Assembly: GCA_016194745.1 (NCBI GenBank)
Contig: JACQBA010000013.1
Location: 128,822-192,821, forward strand
Direction: 5' to 3'
Source of the DNA: Elusimicrobiota bacterium
Lineage (GTDB): Bacteria; Elusimicrobiota; Elusimicrobia; UBA1565; JACRDR01
DNA: 64,000 nt
Part shown: one piece after another, positions 43,263-52,200 of the stretch
Numbering within the stretch: the stretch's first letter is position 1
Layout: every line of letters starts with the position of its first letter
Notes under the pieces: model-generated
Database searches by the model: none
What the model was told of the DNA's origin: nothing
The model's input: the letters and a program-made list of their open reading frames with translations, nothing else
Position numbers and translations under genes: made by a program

Positions 43263-46132
43263 GCGGGCTCCTTCGGCGTCGTCAGGCGGATCGTAGAATC
43301 CGCCGAAGCCGGCGCCGGCGCTGGTGCCGCCTGCGGGGCCGGCTGGACGTCCACGGCGGGCAGCTGTATCTGCGTCACCGTCTTCTCGACCGGCTGAACC
43401 GGCACGGGCGTCGTACCGTCGCTCGGCGGGGCGATGATGGACGCGGCGAGCTCCTCCGGCGTCATCGCCGATGCGGCCGCGACGGCGACGGCCGCGGGCA
43501 GCTCGGCAGTCGGAACCGGCATGGTCGTCGACGCGGGAACGGAAGCGGCCGCCGGGGCGGGTGCCGCGGCCTCCGCGGGTTTGGCTCCGGACAAGCACGT
43601 CCTGAGGTCGGCTGCCATCTGGGACCCGCGCTGATAGCGCTCGTCCGGATTCTTCTTGAGGGCCTTGTGGATCACTTGGCTCAAGCCCGGTGGGACGTTT
43701 GCGTTGACCTGCGTCGGCTCGGGCTCAGGATCGTTGGCGATCTGAAAGAGCAAGGTACCGATGCCTTCGCCGCCCTTGAAGGGCTTCTCCCCGACCGACA
43801 TCTCGTACAGCGCGACGCCCAGGCTGAAGAGGTCGGAACGCCCGTCCACCTTCTTGCCGGCGACCTGCTCGGGGCTCATGTACGACGGCGTGCCCATGAC
43901 CGTGCCCGTGGCTGTCTTGGACGAGGCGGTGATTCTGGCGATGCCGAAGTCGGCGACGCGCACGGTCCCGTCCTTCAAGTGCATGATGTTGGCCGGCTTG
44001 ATGTCCCGGTGGACGATGCCCTGCGCATGGGCGTAATCGAGCGCCTCCGCGACCTGCGCGAAATACTCGACGAGCTTGTCGAGCGGCAGGAGCGCCTCCT
44101 TCGCCGTGTACTTCGTGAAATCGTGCCCGTCGAGGAGCTCCATGGCGATGTAGCAGACGTCGTGCTCCTCGCCGGCGTCGAAGATGCGGATGATGTTGGG
44201 ATGGTTCAGGGTGCCCGCCGACTCGGCCTCGCGGAAGAAGCGCTCCTTGGTCTCCTTCACCGCGGCGGCGTCGGTCCCCTCTTCCATCATCATCGTCTTG
44301 ATTGCGACCTTGCGGTTGATCTTCGGATCCTTGCCCAGATACACGATGCCCATGGCGCCGCGGCCGAGTTCCTTCTCGATCTCGTAGCGGCCCAACGTCG
44401 GCTTCGAGGCGCCCCCCGACATGAGGACGGTGCCTTCCTTGTGCCCGCCGCCGATGCCGCCGAACACCGCGCCTTCGGACGCCTGCTTCAGCACCTTTAT
44501 CTTGTCCTGGATGTCCTTGTACTTCGGGTCCTTGGTCGCGATGTGCTCGTAGACGGCTACCGCCTTGTTGTACTGGCGCTTGCGCTCGAAGTCGAGCGCG
44601 AGGTTGTAGAGGAGGTCCTTCAATTGATCGTCGATCGGGCAGAGGCGGAACTTATCGAACGAAAGATCGAGCATGCCCTGCCCCTGGAAGGACAGGCCAA
44701 GCATCTTGTTCGTCTCGATGGCCGACGCCTCGACGAGTTCCTTGCCGCGCTCGGTGAAGATGAAGCGCTTTGTCTGGATCACGACGTAGCCGACGCCGAG
44801 TAGGAAGGCCGGGTAGGTCACCTTGAGCCATTGCCCCTTGACGAACAGGTACGTCCCGGCGCCGTACAAGGCCACGACGAAAAGCAGCGAAATCGCCGCG
44901 CCGCTGAAAGCCCGCATCCGGGGGAGGAGGAACATGATGAAGAGCCCGATGAAGACCGTCGCGCCGAGCTCCGCGTTGAAGGCCCACTCCGGCCGCACCA
45001 GGAACTTGTGGGACAGGATGTTCTCGATGACGTTCGCCTCGACCTCCATGCCGGGCAGGCTTCGCGAAACGGGCGTCACGTACAGCGTCGCCACGCCGGC
45101 CGCGGTCGCACCCAGGAGGACGATCTTGTCCTTGAACACGTCCATCGAGACCTTGCCGTTGAGCACGTCGAAGAACGAGTAGCTCCGAAATCCCGTGGAG
45201 CCGCCGCCGTTGTACGTGAACGTCACGAGCATCTTGTTATTCTCGTCGAGCGGAACCTTCGTATTGCCGAACTCGATCATCTTGCCGGGGCGCACTTTGA
45301 CGTCGGAGTGCTCGAAACCCAGGTAGCGCGCGACGAGCTCGAGCGGGAAGGACGGCAGGAACTTGCCGTCGTACTTGACCGTCGGATACACGGCCCGGAC
45401 GACGCCGTCGAAATCCTGGTACAGGTTGTCGTAGCCGACTCCCTTGGCCCCTTCGACGAAGGAGGTGATGGGGATGATCGGCTTGGCTCCCTCGAGCTCC
45501 GGCACCGCTCCGAGGCCGGCTTCCTCCGCGCTCGCGAGCTTCACGGACAGCGTTCCGCTCGACAGCGCCGGAGGCAGAGGCTCCGGCTTGGCGCCGACGG
45601 GCCCGCCGCCGGAGAAGTACATCGGCAGCACGACGTTGCGCGCGGCGGCGATGGAGGCCCGAAGCTTCTCGTCCGAGTTCAGCCTCACGGCCGAGGAGGA
45701 GAACTCCAGACTGAAATTGGAGCCCTTGTCGATCAGCTTCTTCGACTTGATCAGCTCGTCGTAGCGCGCTTGGAGCGCCTGGATCTCGGCCAGGCCCTGG
45801 TTCTGCTCGCTCTCCGACAGAAGGATGCTCAGCCCGATCACTCTCGCCTTCGCCGTGACCAGGTGATCGATCATCTGCGCGAGCCGGGCCCTCGGCCACG
45901 GCCAGCGGCCCAGGCGCGCCAGCGACTCGTCGTCGATGGCGATCAACGCGATATCGGCCCCCCCGGCATCGATCGAATCCCGGAGCGCCGATCGTTTGTC
46001 GTAGGACTTGAGCTCGAGCGCCTCCGTCAAAGAGCCCGCGATCGACCCCGGCGCGACGTAGCCGAAGAGGACGAATAAGGTCAATGCGAGGCCGATGAGG
46101 GCCTCGACCCACAAGGACTTACTTTTCATCAA
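43259..46132 (-). CDS. CHASE2 sensor domain-containing Hanks-type Ser/Thr protein kinase
   Basis: 957 aa. N-terminal TM + CHASE2 (LIAIDDESLARLGRWPWPRARLAQMIDHL) + TM helices + kinase domain (LGRGAMGIVYLG...VAIK; HRDIKPANIM; DFGIA; GTPSYMSPE) + Ala/Pro-rich tail. Confidence 0.9.
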   Translation of the reverse strand: MMKSKSLWVEALIGLALTLFVLFGYVAPGSIAGSLTEALELKSYDKRSALRDSIDAGGADIALIAIDDESLARLGRWPWPRARLAQMIDHLVTAKARVIGLSILLSESEQNQGLAEIQALQARYDELIKSKKLIDKGSNFSLEFSSSAVRLNSDEKLRASIAAARNVVLPMYFSGGGPVGAKPEPLPPALSSGTLSVKLASAEEAGLGAVPELEGAKPIIPITSFVEGAKGVGYDNLYQDFDGVVRAVYPTVKYDGKFLPSFPLELVARYLGFEHSDVKVRPGKMIEFGNTKVPLDENNKMLVTFTYNGGGSTGFRSYSFFDVLNGKVSMDVFKDKIVLLGATAAGVATLYVTPVSRSLPGMEVEANVIENILSHKFLVRPEWAFNAELGATVFIGLFIMFLLPRMRAFSGAAISLLFVVALYGAGTYLFVKGQWLKVTYPAFLLGVGYVVIQTKRFIFTERGKELVEASAIETNKMLGLSFQGQGMLDLSFDKFRLCPIDDQLKDLLYNLALDFERKRQYNKAVAVYEHIATKDPKYKDIQDKIKVLKQASEGAVFGGIGGGHKEGTVLMSGGASKPTLGRYEIEKELGRGAMGIVYLGKDPKINRKVAIKTMMMEEGTDAAAVKETKERFFREAESAGTLNHPNIIRIFDAGEEHDVCYIAMELLDGHDFTKYTAKEALLPLDKLVEYFAQVAEALDYAHAQGIVHRDIKPANIMHLKDGTVRVADFGIARITASSKTATGTVMGTPSYMSPEQVAGKKVDGRSDLFSLGVALYEMSVGEKPFKGGEGIGTLLFQIANDPEPEPTQVNANVPPGLSQVIHKALKKNPDERYQRGSQMAADLRTCLSGAKPAEAAAPAPAAASVPASTTMPVPTAELPAAVAVAAASAMTPEELAASIIAPPSDGTTPVPVQPVEKTVTQIQLPAVDVQPAPQAAPAPAPASADSTIRLTTPKEPA

Positions 46133-46244
46133 TGCGATTGGACTGCGCCCAACAACTCAATTAGTCTAGCCCCACCGTCATTTTCTGTCAATGGGATTTC
46201 AGTTACAAGAATTCGCGCGCTAGTGTATCAGTTTTCCCGCGATT

Positions 46245-46289
46245 TTTCGCTTTTGGGGAAAAGAAAGGGGCCCCGCCGAAACGGAGCCC
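46245..46289 (-). terminator. rho-independent terminator downstream of the DUF2147-like gene (possibly bidirectional)
   Basis: Minus-strand RNA: GGGCUCCG-UUUCGG-CGGGGCCC (8-bp stem including one G-U pair) followed by CUUUCUUUUCCCC. It lies in the AT-richer spacer 46133..46315, which must also hold the promoter of the kinase-PP2C-FHA operon. Confidence 0.45.
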
Positions 46290-46315
46290 TGGCTTTCTTT
46301 AAGGAAAGGGACGAC

Positions 46316-46813
46316 TTACGGAATGCGCGTATATTCCTTAGACTTGCATTGGTCCCCAATGAGGAAGATGCTGATGCAGCCTTCGAGGCGCAGCTTCCCG
46401 TTCTCGAGATAAGCGCTGCCCTTGTACCACGAGTTCTCCTCCGACTTCATGACCTGCCCGCCCGTCCATTTCCCGGAACCCGCCGCGCGCATTCCGCGCA
46501 CGACCTGGGCGCCGACCCGCTGAAGCGCGGGATGGAGCACGTCCGGATTGGCGATCGTGTCGATCACGCCGCCGACCACTCCGCCCGTTTCCTCCAGCCG
46601 GATGATGTTGCCCGTCTCGTCCGACCGCCAGCGCCCGACGATCGAGGTTTCGGCGCCGGCTTGGACCTGCTGAAGCTCCGCTCGCTCGGACGCGAATCCT
46701 TGGACCGCGGGCGCGGCCTGCTCGTACGCCCGAATGATGCCGTTGAGTCCTTCCTCCGCCGACGCCGCCTGGACCGCCAGCGCCGACGCGAGAACCGCCA
46801 ATGCCATCTTCAT
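46316..46813 (-). CDS. hypothetical secreted protein, possibly DUF2147-like
   Basis: Start taken at MKMALAVLASALAVQAASAEE (signal peptide); ATG at 46813 or 46807. C-terminal WYKGSAYLENGKLRLEGCISIFLIGDQC resembles the DUF2147 signature. The upstream in-frame part of the ORF-track ORF was ignored. Confidence 0.45.
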   Translation of the reverse strand: MKMALAVLASALAVQAASAEEGLNGIIRAYEQAAPAVQGFASERAELQQVQAGAETSIVGRWRSDETGNIIRLEETGGVVGGVIDTIANPDVLHPALQRVGAQVVRGMRAAGSGKWTGGQVMKSEENSWYKGSAYLENGKLRLEGCISIFLIGDQCKSKEYTRIP

Positions 46814-47003
46814 GATCTCCTGCCCCCCGGATGAACGACATGACGAAGGAGATGTCGCAGCCCTCCTGCGATGTCTTGCGAAATGCTCCTTCCTACGAGA
46901 CCAGGATATCGCCAAGGTCGGGGCTCGCCCAGGCCGAAAGGACCCAGTCCCGCGCAGGGCTAAGGGAGGAGGATATTCGCGGGTGCTCTCGTCGAGGTCC
47001 GCG

Positions 47004-48488
47004 TCAGGCGCCGGCCTTGGCGGTGAAGCGGTCGGCGGCGGGGCTGTCCGCGCGCGCGAAGACGTCCTTAAGAAGGTCCGCAGGCTGCCGGTAGCCGCTC
47101 GAATGTACGCCGCTCCACCGGAGATCGAGTCCGGGGAACCGCTCTCCCACCCGCTTCAGAGTCCGCTCGTACACCATGACGTGGTGGTCCGCGGCGCCCG
47201 CGAGAAGGACCGCAAAGCCTCCGGGCGACAGCGCGCAGACGTAGTCCGACGAGCGAAGCGCCCCTCGCACCGCCGCGACGATCGCCCTAAGGTCCGCGTC
47301 GCCTGAGATGTGGAACACGGCGACGCTCGCGCTCGGCGTCCGCAGCGCCTCGACGCCATAAAGATCCGTCAAGTAGCCTTCCAGGGCGCGCGCGTCGCTG
47401 CCGATCGCCGGCCCGAGCAGGCCTCCGTCCGGCCGGCTGAAGGAGCGGCTGAGAAAGGCGGCGATGACGTGCTGGGTCACGCCCAAGATCGCGGCCGGGA
47501 GCGTGACGAGCGGCATGTGCGCGAAGCTCGAGGCGCCGACGGCCATCGCGACGCCGTGGTCCCGCATCCCGCTTGCGTAGACGAGGGCGATCGCGTCCTC
47601 GCGCCAAAGCCCGAAGTAGCGCGCCATGCGGATGCCGGCCCAAAAGCAGACCAGGTTGCAGAGGAAAGTCAGGATCAAGGCGGACACGAAGGCGTCGCCG
47701 GTGGCGGCCAGCTGGGCCTTCGCGCCGGCCGCCGAAATCAGCGCGACCGCGAGAAAGCCGAGCGTTCCGAGCGCCGAGAGAGCCGGCTCCCACCGCTGCG
47801 CAAGTCCCGGGCGCGCGTTCGCGGCCGCGCCGACGACGACGGGTATCGCGACGGCGAGGATCAGTTGGCGGGCCAGATCCCCCACCGGCACCCGCACCAT
47901 CGACGGTGCCGAGCCGATGATCAGATGGAGGTAGGCCGGGATCGTCAGCGCGGCCGCGCCCGCGCCGACGACGGCGAGCGCGAGCACCAAGGGAAGAAAG
48001 CCCCGATTGACTCGGACCCAGAACGAGGAGGAGACCGCCACGGGCATCACGGCCACAAAGACGAAGCCCATCTGCAGCTCGTGGTTCGATCGGCCCTCGA
48101 GAAAGGTCCTCGCGATCAGGCTCGCGATGAACGCGACGATGGGGATGACCGCGAACACGCCGCCCAAGGTGATCCAGCCCGCGCGGCTCCGCGACAGGAG
48201 GCCCTTCCACGACGCCGCCTCGCAGCGAACGCTCGCCGACAGCACGACCAGCGCCAGCGCGAGTGTCGGGAGATCGATCGCCCAATGGACGCCGGGAATC
48301 TCGAGGAAGCGCAGGCGCTTGAGCGCCATGCCGTGCTGCGGCCGCAGAAGTCCCCAGGCGATGACGCCGATCACGATCTCGTTGACATGCTCCTTCGTCC
48401 ACGCGTTGAATCGTACGAGCCTGCCTAGGATCGCGCGATCGGAGACTGCGCCGGATGCGGTCGTTTCGACGGCCATGGTCGACTCCAC
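47004..48488 (-). CDS. bile acid:sodium symporter (BASS/SBF-like) family membrane transporter with C-terminal cytoplasmic degenerate GGDEF-like domain
   Basis: 494 aa. About 10 TM helices with the duplicated-repeat pattern typical of the BASS/ACR3 fold. The C-terminal ~140 aa contain RSSDYVCALSPGGFAVLLAG, where GGDEF is replaced by SPGGF. The overlapping same-strand ORF 47287..48402 is Arg-rich junk. Confidence 0.55.
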   Translation of the reverse strand: MESTMAVETTASGAVSDRAILGRLVRFNAWTKEHVNEIVIGVIAWGLLRPQHGMALKRLRFLEIPGVHWAIDLPTLALALVVLSASVRCEAASWKGLLSRSRAGWITLGGVFAVIPIVAFIASLIARTFLEGRSNHELQMGFVFVAVMPVAVSSSFWVRVNRGFLPLVLALAVVGAGAAALTIPAYLHLIIGSAPSMVRVPVGDLARQLILAVAIPVVVGAAANARPGLAQRWEPALSALGTLGFLAVALISAAGAKAQLAATGDAFVSALILTFLCNLVCFWAGIRMARYFGLWREDAIALVYASGMRDHGVAMAVGASSFAHMPLVTLPAAILGVTQHVIAAFLSRSFSRPDGGLLGPAIGSDARALEGYLTDLYGVEALRTPSASVAVFHISGDADLRAIVAAVRGALRSSDYVCALSPGGFAVLLAGAADHHVMVYERTLKRVGERFPGLDLRWSGVHSSGYRQPADLLKDVFARADSPAADRFTAKAGA

Positions 48489-48578
48489 TTCGGAAGTCGA
48501 GTAAGTCTAACCCTCGATGGCCGGGATGTCAATATTGAGGGTCTTCCGGAACGACGCGAGCGACGATATGAGGCGGGA

Positions 48579-49172
48579 TTACTTCCGGCGCGCCCGGCGT
48601 CCCAGAAGCTTCCAGCCGGCGGGCAGCGCGGCGGCGGACAAGCAGGACTTGAACAGGTCGCCCGTGATGAACGGGAACAGGCCGAAGGAAAGGAGCTTGC
48701 CGGCCGGCACGAAGCGCGCGAGGCCCGCGAGGCCGAAAGCGAAGATCACCGCGCTGCCGAGCAGCATCATGGTCGCGGCGCTGAACGGCGTGCGGCCCCA
48801 GCCCCGCTCCGCCAATCGGCCGACGCACCACGCGGCCGGAATGAATCCGAGAATGTATCCCCCGGTCGGCCCGAGCAGGACGGCGGCGCCGGCGAATCCC
48901 CCGGCGAACACGGGCAGACCCATGCAGCCTTCCATCACGTACATCGCGACCGACAGCGTGCCCCAGCGGCTTCCCAAGAGCGCGCCCGAGTACAAGACGC
49001 CGAGCGTCTGACCCGTGATCGGGACCGGAGTGAACGGAAGAACGATCTGGATCTGCGCGAGGAGCCCGATGAGGAGGCTCAGGCAGACGGCCTCCACGAA
49101 ATAGACCGTACGGGACTGCTCCGGCAGCATCGCTTCAAAAAAGGTGGGGATCGTCGCGGCTTGGCTTGTCAT
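48579..49172 (-). CDS. bioY: biotin transporter BioY
   Basis: 197 aa, about 6 TM segments. Conserved BioY stretch ITGQTLGVLYSGALLG...GPTGGYILGF. Confidence 0.8.
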   Translation of the reverse strand: MTSQAATIPTFFEAMLPEQSRTVYFVEAVCLSLLIGLLAQIQIVLPFTPVPITGQTLGVLYSGALLGSRWGTLSVAMYVMEGCMGLPVFAGGFAGAAVLLGPTGGYILGFIPAAWCVGRLAERGWGRTPFSAATMMLLGSAVIFAFGLAGLARFVPAGKLLSFGLFPFITGDLFKSCLSAAALPAGWKLLGRRARRK

Positions 49173-49239
49173 AGGCCTTCTGGCCCCATTATCGCAAATT
49201 TCCGGGATTTCGTGTCGACAATTTTTGGGACCTTCGGAC

Positions 49240-52200
49240 CTAACGACCGGCGTCGTCCGGCTCGCCGGCGCGCGGCAAAACCCGGCGCGACACGATCTTG
49301 ATGCCTGTCTTGGAAGAGGCCTTCGGCGCGCGCGCGCGGTGCTCTGCGCCGGAGGCGGCCACGGGCTGAGCGCCCTTCTGCGTCGCGGCGTTCTCCAGTC
49401 TTTTGACCTTGAAGTGAGCCCAGAATGTGCCCATGAGGAATACCGCAGAGACGCCGGCTCCCGCCGTGAACTGGAGGGCGCTGATCGCGCCGTTGCTCAA
49501 CAAGAATCCGAAAACCGGGATGCTCGAGGCGCTTCCGTAGAGGCTTCCCAACAGCAGCATCCGCTTTTTCTCAATGAGCGACTGCGGTATGGCGGCCAGG
49601 TTGCCGGAAGCACCCAAGAGCTGACTGCGGATGTCGATCCCCTCGATGGTTTCTCGATGGAAATACATCTGGCCGAAAAGCGCGGGGAGCCCGTAAAACA
49701 TCATCACGATCCGGTTCACCGTGACGATATTGTCCCAGCGCAGCGCCTTCCGCCAGCGCGAGACCTCCGAATCTCCGGTGCGGCTCCAGAGCATCGCCCC
49801 GCCCACCGCCAGTGCGGCGAGTCCGGGCAGAAACGAAGCGTTTCCATCCACGAGGAACGCAAGGCCTTGACCGAGCGCAGCGAAGCCCGTCAACTCCGTC
49901 GCGCGCACGATCTGATTCCAACGGCGCTCGCTCATCCATCCCCTTTCCTTTAAGAAGTAAGCCGCGACGTTTGTCACCTGCAGCCCGACCACCGGCACGG
50001 CCGCGACCATCGCCCAGGCCGGCATGATGAGCGCCGCGCCGGCCGGCGCCATCCACTGGCCGAGCCAGAGCGTTCCCACGATGAAGGAGGCCGCGACGAC
50101 AGCGGAGGCCTGCATCACCGGGCCGGCGACGGAAAGCTTGTTGATGAGGCGATCCACCCAGTTGTGCTCCTCTATCACCTTCGGCTTCTCCCTCGCGTAG
50201 TCGTGGAGCACGTGGAGGTTCACGAAATTGCCGATCACGTACGCCGCCCACGGGATCGCGGCGAGTTTCGTCACGGCGGCGGCCGTTCCCTGGTACAGCA
50301 GGTCGACGTTCGTTAGGAACTGAGGGATGTGGATTCCCATGAACGCCAGCGTTCCGCCCGCCAAGAGGATGACCGCAGCGGCGCGCCACGTCCGGATGCC
50401 AGCGGGCGCCGCGGGACGGATGCCGCCGGGCCGCGACGGCGGCTCGGGCGTGCGGCGGATGTCGTCCTTCGGCGCGGCCGGCTCCGGCTTGTCCTTCGCC
50501 GGCGTCTCGTCGAATCGCGCCCCCTTCAAACTGCGCGCGGGACCGTAGACGCGGTACGCGAGCTCGGCCAGGTCCGGCCTAGAGCGCAGGAGCGAATCGA
50601 GAGTCGAGATGCGCCGCCCCCAGTCCGACAGGATGTCGAAGTAGGCGGACGTCAGCTGCGCGAAGAGCTCATGCTCGTCCTGTTTCGCGTAGGTCCCGAG
50701 CATGTCCTTGGCCGGGATCTCCTCGGTCATCTTGAACGCGGTCTTGACCTCGTGGTCGGAGACGGGGTCCCGCGACGCGTCCTTCGCGAGCCGGTCCAGC
50801 CGAGCGAGCCGGCCGCCAGTCCGCAGGCGATCGGCGACGCCGGAGAACCGCTCCGACCACGTCGGCCGGCGCTGGCCGAAGTCCCTCTTGCCGGCCCACT
50901 CCAGAATCGGCGTCATGCCGTGCATGTGGACCATGTGTCCCAATTCGTGCACGAAGACCTCGTTCGTCTTGTAGCCCTCGTGCGTCTTCATCAGCGTCCT
51001 CTCGCTGACGACGAAGGCGTATGAGCCGTCCTCGGCCTTAAATTGGAAGGCGACCCCATCCAGGTCCCGATACAGGCGGCCGTCCTTGGTATGGACGGGA
51101 AGGTTGCGCGCGATGGTGAGATCGGTCAGACTCCACCGCTCCGGAAACACGATCGCCGTGACCCGATTCACGACCATATTCTTCAAAATGAGCGGGTCCA
51201 CCCGACGCAGCACCTCCTGCATCAGGAACCGAGCCTGCAGTAGCGCTTCCTCTTTGACGCCCCACTCCTTGCCCGTGATCCTGTCCTGAAGGATGGCGAT
51301 GTTAGCGTCGCGGTCGTACTCGGCGGCGGCGCGGCGCTCCCCGACCCATTCGCGGAGGAACGCCCCGTACTGCACCCCAACATCGCGCCGCGCGGAGCCG
51401 AGAAGCTCCATGACCCCGTCGTAGATCCTAGTCTTCGCCGGATCATTGCGGAGTTCCCTTAAGAACCGGGTTCCTACGTCGACCGGCGCCTGCTCGAGCA
51501 GGCGCACGCGCATCATCGCGGCATCCAGGATTTCGTTGCGCTCCATGATCGCGTTCGTCGGACGCTCCGCAGGGCGGTTCCACCAGATCCACATCGACTG
51601 CAGCGGCTCGGCGATCGACAGCCTTCCGTCTCGGTCCCTGACGAACTCCATCTCGTACCCTCGGCGATCGTGACGGGAGTTAGGATAGACAGAGGAATCG
51701 CCGCGCAGCCGCCCTAGGAACTCTTCCAGGTCCCTAAACGACGCGTCGGTGACGGGCCATGTCCGATCGCCGACGACCTTATCGGTCACCAGGAAGAGCC
51801 TCCCTTCCGGCGACTCCCATACGCCATGAAACTCAGGCGAAAGCCCCTCGGCCGCAATCGTCTCCGCGGTCCTCGCCTTCCGGGCGAGAGTCTGTTCCCA
51901 GCCCTCCGTCCCGAGAAAGTCCTTGTAGAACGGATGGAGCTCGACGGTCCGCCCGTCGCGAAGAACGCCTTCCAGGACGCTCCAGTCCCACCGGCTCTCG
52001 TAGCCCGTCCTCAACGTGACGCCCGTCATCCGTTCGACGGGCGCTTTCGGGACATCGTCGAACGTACGGAAAGTCCTAACGTCGCGCCGCGGACGAGGAC
52101 CGCCGCCGGTCGGACCTTCCTCCGGACGCGGCAGCATCGCCGGCAGGATGATCGACGCCGTCACGAGCCCGCCTGAAACCGTCGAATCGATGAGAGTGAG

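Noticed and set aside
43667-46078. + strand ORFs 43667..44803 and 44831..46078 opposite the CHASE2-Ser/Thr kinase
   Set aside because: Antisense artefacts (Arg/Asp/Leu/Gly-rich). The kinase frame has all Hanks subdomain motifs.
47287-48428. ORFs 47287..48402 (minus) and 47310..48428 (+) overlapping the BASS transporter
   Set aside because: Both are extremely Arg/Gly/Asp-rich with no hydrophobic segments. The 47004..48488 frame encodes about 10 TM helices.
48489-48578. Imperfect hairpin TCGACTCC-N-GGAAGTCGA between the BASS transporter start and bioY end
   Set aside because: Stem is imperfect and not followed by a U-tract on the relevant (minus) strand. More likely incidental structure than a terminator.
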